From Klebsormidium nitens (lineage: Eukaryota > Plantae > Klebsormidiophyceae): DNA of 64,000 nucleotides. Shown here in pieces: positions 60,001 to 64,000 of this stretch. The position numbers and the translations under genes were made by a program. Under the pieces are notes generated by a model. That model did not search any database. It was not told the origin of the DNA and saw nothing but the letters and a program-made list of their open reading frames with translations. Each line of letters begins with the position of its first letter. Position 1 is the first letter of the stretch. Location: contig DF237403.1 in assembly GCA_000708835.1 (NCBI GenBank), forward strand, positions 1 through 64,000, in the 5' to 3' direction.

Positions 60001-62634
60001 CGGGCAGCCAGGACTGCTGCACGGAGCTGGCGCTGTCGCTGGACGACAACGACTGCTTCCTCATGGAGGCCGCCACCATGCTGCACTACGTCGGCATGTT
60101 CGTCTCGCACACCGGCTACCACAAACACTCCTACTACTTAATCAAGGTATGGCCCCCTCGTCTGACGGCCCACAATTTTCTTTCTTTTTGGCCCCGTTTT
60201 ATTCTTGTAACTTTTTTGGAGTTCTTACACCAGGGTTCGCTTCCGGTGAGGGGAATTTGAACGCACCTGGCACTGCGAGGAATGTTCGCTCGCACCCCGG
60301 CTACCAAAAACACCCCTACTATCTTAGCAAGGTACGATCGGACTAGGCCTAGAGTGGGGTGGTATGTTCAATCTGCTTTTCTCTCGTAAGTGAAGGGTTT
60401 CTGAATGCACTTGACAGTGCGGGTAACGTTCGTTTTGCACACTGGCTACCACAAACGTTCGTACTACCTCATCAAGGTACGCCCATGCTCGTCCAACGGG
60501 CCTCAAGAAGATTGGTTTGCCCAGTCGGGCTTTGCGCTGGGCGGCTTCTGAATGTTTGAGCGTCAAAGACAACGAGAGGGTTGTATCGGGTCCGGAACTT
60601 AAGGCATACGCTCACTTCGGCGGCTTGGCATCTGCTGGTCAGTTGCTCGTTTGACGGGCTTTCATCCTTCGGCTTTGAGACGAGGGTCACGAGCGAACGC
60701 TTTTCTTCTGCATGTGGTCGATAGTAGCCGTCGGTTGCCACCCTTTCGTGGCGGGTTTCCCTAGACAGGATCATCGATTTAGCGGTATCCTCTCAAGTTC
60801 GAAAGCAACGCTAACAATCAGGGCTGAGATCACTGTCCCAATACAAGCGCTCTGGCTTGGAGTTGCAAGTCGCTGACCGATTTCTATTTCTGTTGCACAC
60901 AGAACAACGAGCACTTGCTGGGCTTCAGTCCGATGGAGATCGAGGTGATTGCGCTGCTGACGCGGTACCACCGCAAAAAGGTGCCCTCCAGCAAGCACGA
61001 GGCCTTCGCAGAGCTACCGCCGGAGGTACGATCAGCGAGAAACTCTCCCGTATTCGTCTTTCCGTTTTCGTCCTGAATGTGGTTGTCTGCCGTTCATGTG
61101 CTTCCCTTTCTGCCCTTAAGAAGTGGCTCCGCCAGGATATTGATGGATCCCGCCAGGATATGACCGCTCCAGGCCATCTCGCCATTTCTGGACCTACCCT
61201 GTATTCCTCCCCTTGCAAAAGCGGCCCAACGTAACCATAACAGAGGTCGTATTCGAATGCAATCCAGAGTTTCCGTCGACGCAGCAACAAGACGCACAGA
61301 TTTTAAGGTCTGTGCAAACGCAAAAAGTGAGTCATTGGGAACAAGCGAGACTGGATAAATTGAGTAGCGTCCCTAATCTTTATAGCCGCCTGCCTGTCTG
61401 CAGATCCAGACCAAGTTTAAGGCCATGTGTGCGATCATGCGCGTGGCGGTCGCCCTAGACCGGTGCGACTCGTCGACGGTGGAGCGGGTGACGGTGCTGC
61501 AAGACCTGCAGTCTTGCGTGCTGGTGAGACCACTGACTTCGCACTGTGTTTTCAGGTCTTTTCGCATGTCCTCAATCTCCTTCCATCCCGTAAGGCTCTC
61601 ATGTACCCTCAGTTGGATCAAGTTTCTCTCAAAATCGTTCTTGATTGTCCCTATTCTTATTGTGGTTGTCTCATCCGCTGAAAGAGGATAGGGTTCAGCA
61701 CCACCTTCGTTCTTCATCACATGCGTCCTAAGTGCTTTTTCTTGCTGCAAGACAAGAACGGATTGATCAGCAGCAATTTCTCACTCGCTTGAATTCACCG
61801 TCGAGCACACTCACTACCGCCCTTCCAACAAAATGTGTCTTCTTTCAAATTGGCCCCCAGTATTCGCCTGTGAACCAGATCCTTTTTTCGTTAAGCCGTT
61901 TACTGTCCTTCTTATGAGGAAGGGGGCCGGCCCCTTTTCAAAGATACAGGGATTGTCATCCATCCAATAGCAGCTTTTCGTGCAACACGTTTCCTTTCCT
62001 TTTCCGGAGCCAGCTCAAGGCACCACTTTTAAGACTCTCTTGCGGACAGCACTATGACGAACTTTTATCCCACTAGGACATGTCTTTGCGTGTTCTAAAG
62101 GCGGACATTGGCGCAATTTTTCTGCAGGCCGTGACGCCGAAGGTGGACCCGGACACTGGTAAGGCCAAGGACGTGTCCCTCGAGGTCTGGGCTGCGACGG
62201 CCGAGCTAGAGTTCTTCAACAAGGTGGGTTATAGTCCGCCAGCGCCTGGAACTCAGCTCCTTATTTCGGGCACCCACTTTCTCGACTAAGAGGCGAGTCC
62301 GACCTGCGCATCCATCGACGGGAGTTTCCTGGTTGACGGGCGCTTGGGCTCTCGGTTCGCCGACTGATGGCCACTTTCGTGCAACGATGTAAAGACCGTA
62401 TAAGGAAGAAGGCGGGGGGCTTGGGGTGTCTGGCGCCCCCCCGTTTCTGTGTAAGGAAAAAAGGTCGGTAGACTCGTACCCGGCAGCAGGTCCGCTGGAA
62501 TATGGTACTAAAGTTGCATGTGAAAGCTGCTTGTCTTTTTGCAGGTGTTCAAAAAGACGGCATCGATTGTTATTGCTGACATGCACGATGCAGACCAGCT
62601 CGACATCGAAGTTTCGAAGAGCCTCAGCTCCTGA
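54002..62634 (+). CDS. ppx: Ppx/GppA-family exopolyphosphatase / pppGpp phosphatase (long form) with plastid-type presequence, about 715 aa, 14 exons
   Basis: Exons 54002-54109, 54585-54918, 55440-55537, 55992-56136, 56554-56627, 57054-57278, 57864-58104, 58730-58875, 59390-59560 (GC donor), 59970-60146, 60903-61025, 61404-61523, 62128-62223, 62545-62634. Motifs AAVDMGTNSFH, VVATSAVREAKN, ILSGKEEA, VDIGGGSTE, SLKLGHVRL, IGSSGT, RADVIVGG, ALREGVI, LHYVG, GYHKHSYYLIKN, YHRKK. The first two exons are less certain. Confidence 0.93.
58505..58775 (+). repeat. Three ~88-bp units spanning the Ppx exon 8 acceptor
   Basis: CAG|CCGTGGTGAAGAA.AT.CTGAAGGCCAAGACGAACGACCAGC with the AG ending at 58554, 58642 and 58729 (used). 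Confidence 0.95.
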
Positions 62635-63368
62635 GCCACGGCTCTATTTCACGACTCTATGTTTGCGTTTCAACCCGAAGCAGAGGGGGAAGAGAGAGAG
62701 TGTGCGAGTCATCTGTAGATAGCCGGAAGGGCGAAAATAGTCGCAAGGTGTGAATCTGGTAAGATGGTCGAGACAGGCCCAAAGAATTGATTGGTGAGCA
62801 GCATTTGGTAAGGTAGAGATGGCTAGGATCCGGTAAGGCTACTGCGCAGCTAGCTAAGGAGTCAGAGTCGAAGCATGTTACCTGCGCCTATTGGGCTGCC
62901 GTCGCTCGATGTGTTTGCGATTTGAGTTGAACTAGATTGTCGACATTTCTAGTATTATTCTAGTGCATACTCAGCCGAGCTCAACACATTCCTCACGGCC
63001 TTTATGCAAACAAAATGGAAGGAAACCGTTCTTACGGACAGATCTGATCATCTTAGTGCTTCTATCTACACAATTACAAATCGTCGTCCATGGTGGCTGA
63101 CATGATCCTTCACGCAATTGAGCATGACCTTCAAATTGGAGTGCCAGCCATGCTCGCCGGTTTGATTTGTATAACGCGGAAGACTGAGGTTGACTTGAAC
63201 TTGACAAAATACCTAACCATAAATATCTTACATAGCGCAAGTCAACCAATCAACCTAGCTCAGTCTTTCTCATATATGAAGCAGCACGATCGCGAATTGA
63301 TCCTGAATCACACATGAGTCTCGATCATCGTGGGCCAGCTAGCCTGGTGTACGTCATGTAGAAGGAGT

Positions 63369-63411
63369 CACGTTGGCGCCAACGTGTGCCAGGCGGCGCC
63401 GCCTGGCACAC
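63369..63411. repeat. Two overlapping perfect palindromes (18 bp and 28 bp), both centred on GGCGCC
   Basis: CACGTTGGCGCCAACGTG (63369-63386) and GTGTGCCAGGCGGCGCCGCCTGGCACAC (63384-63411), checked by hand. Confidence 0.9.
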
Positions 63412-63735
63412 ACGACAGCTCTAGCACAAGCTGAACTGCCAATATGTGCACTAGCTACAAGGCATGGCCGCGGGCCATTTGCTGCGCGCGGCGAACACTA
63501 TAGTACCAGCTTCGGATGCATATCAGCATGCGCAAGACGTACGGTCCCCTGGGATCTGTCGGACCCTGCCAGCTGACCGAACTTTGAACAGATAGAGGCG
63601 GCTCACGTGCACTGAGCTCGACCAATCGAAGTGGTGGAGCTATGAATCAGACCTAGGACCATAATAGATTATGGTAGTCGAAGCTATGGGCTGAGCATTT
63701 AAGGTGGCAATCACCCACTAATCTGACGACATCAG

Positions 63736-64000
63736 TCAGCCAAACATCGTCCGTTGCATTTCCTGCAGCATTTCCTCGTCAAACGTGTCCCTCTTCCAGG
63801 CCTCCAGCATATCCGCATAATACGGCACCAGCTGCTCCCTCAAAATCTCCTCGTTTTCAAACAACTTAGGTAACGGCTCCATTACATACACTTCCTCCCG
63901 CGCCTTCGGCCCGTGCTTCCCAACCACCTCTAGTTCCATCGCTTTCCCTGCCTGCGCCGCTTCTTCCAGTACCCGAATCCTTGACCATGCCTCCTCTATC
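63736..64000 (-). CDS. 3' terminal coding segment of an unidentified gene entering from the right edge
   Basis: The frame is open from the window edge: IEEAWSRIRVLEEAAQAGKAMELEVVGKHGPKAREEVYVMEPLPKLFENEEILREQLVPYYADMLEAWKRDTFDEEMLQEMQRTMFG*. Composition is protein-like (helical, Glu-rich); it converges on ppx. Confidence 0.65.
   Translation of the reverse strand, partial: IEEAWSRIRVLEEAAQAGKAMELEVVGKHGPKAREEVYVMEPLPKLFENEEILREQLVPYYADMLEAWKRDTFDEEMLQEMQRTMFG

Noticed and set aside
14485-60480. Echoes as an introner or MITE family
   Set aside because: Each echo matches only its own adjacent exon. I saw no shared sequence, terminal inverted repeats or target-site duplications between loci.
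61128-61185. Short ~21-bp tandem duplication (CCGCCAGGATAT) in Ppx intron 11
   Set aside because: Purely intronic, two to three short units, not derived from an exon boundary; ordinary slippage.
1500-62750. Numerous long ORFs in the supplied track overlapping or antisense to GC-rich exons (e.g. 1620-2234, 2614-3093, 17062-17661, 21090-21689, 33805-34320)
   Set aside because: Shadow or off-frame ORFs expected from high-GC3 exons and stop-poor introns; no recognisable motifs.
1-64000. tRNA, rRNA or snRNA genes
   Set aside because: I found no cloverleaf with A/B boxes and no recognisable rRNA or U-snRNA sequence by eye. A tRNAscan-SE or Infernal run would be needed to exclude them.

Overview
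Eukaryotic, intron-rich nuclear DNA. Gene content, intron sizes and codon usage point to a streptophyte green alga, probably Klebsormidium-like; this is inference, not a database match. I reconstructed 11 complete spliced genes by hand, with 63 introns (61 GT-AG, 2 GC-AG) and consistent reading phases. In order: GT47/exostosin glycosyltransferase (+), arylamine N-acetyltransferase (+), CLPTM1 (-), membrane-anchored LysM protein (+), alpha/beta hydrolase (-), LptB-type ABC ATPase (+), MMADHC/CblD-like protein (-), DAD1 (+), EcfT/ABCI12-like protein (+), universal stress protein (-) and Ppx/GppA phosphatase (+). There are also a 5'-truncated non-LTR retrotransposon and partial genes at both edges. 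The most striking unexplained structure is a pervasive set of 'exon-boundary echoes'. These are 80-190 bp tandem duplications that copy a splice site (or a stop codon) plus adjacent coding sequence into the neighbouring intron or UTR. They occur in 7 of the 11 genes, form arrays of up to 7-9 units, and almost all sit at high-GC3 exons in the gene interior or 3' part. Other notable items are a cyanobacterial-type LptB and a NAT that both carry long presequences, and recurrent purine-pyrimidine-alternating, palindrome-rich patches between convergent gene ends.
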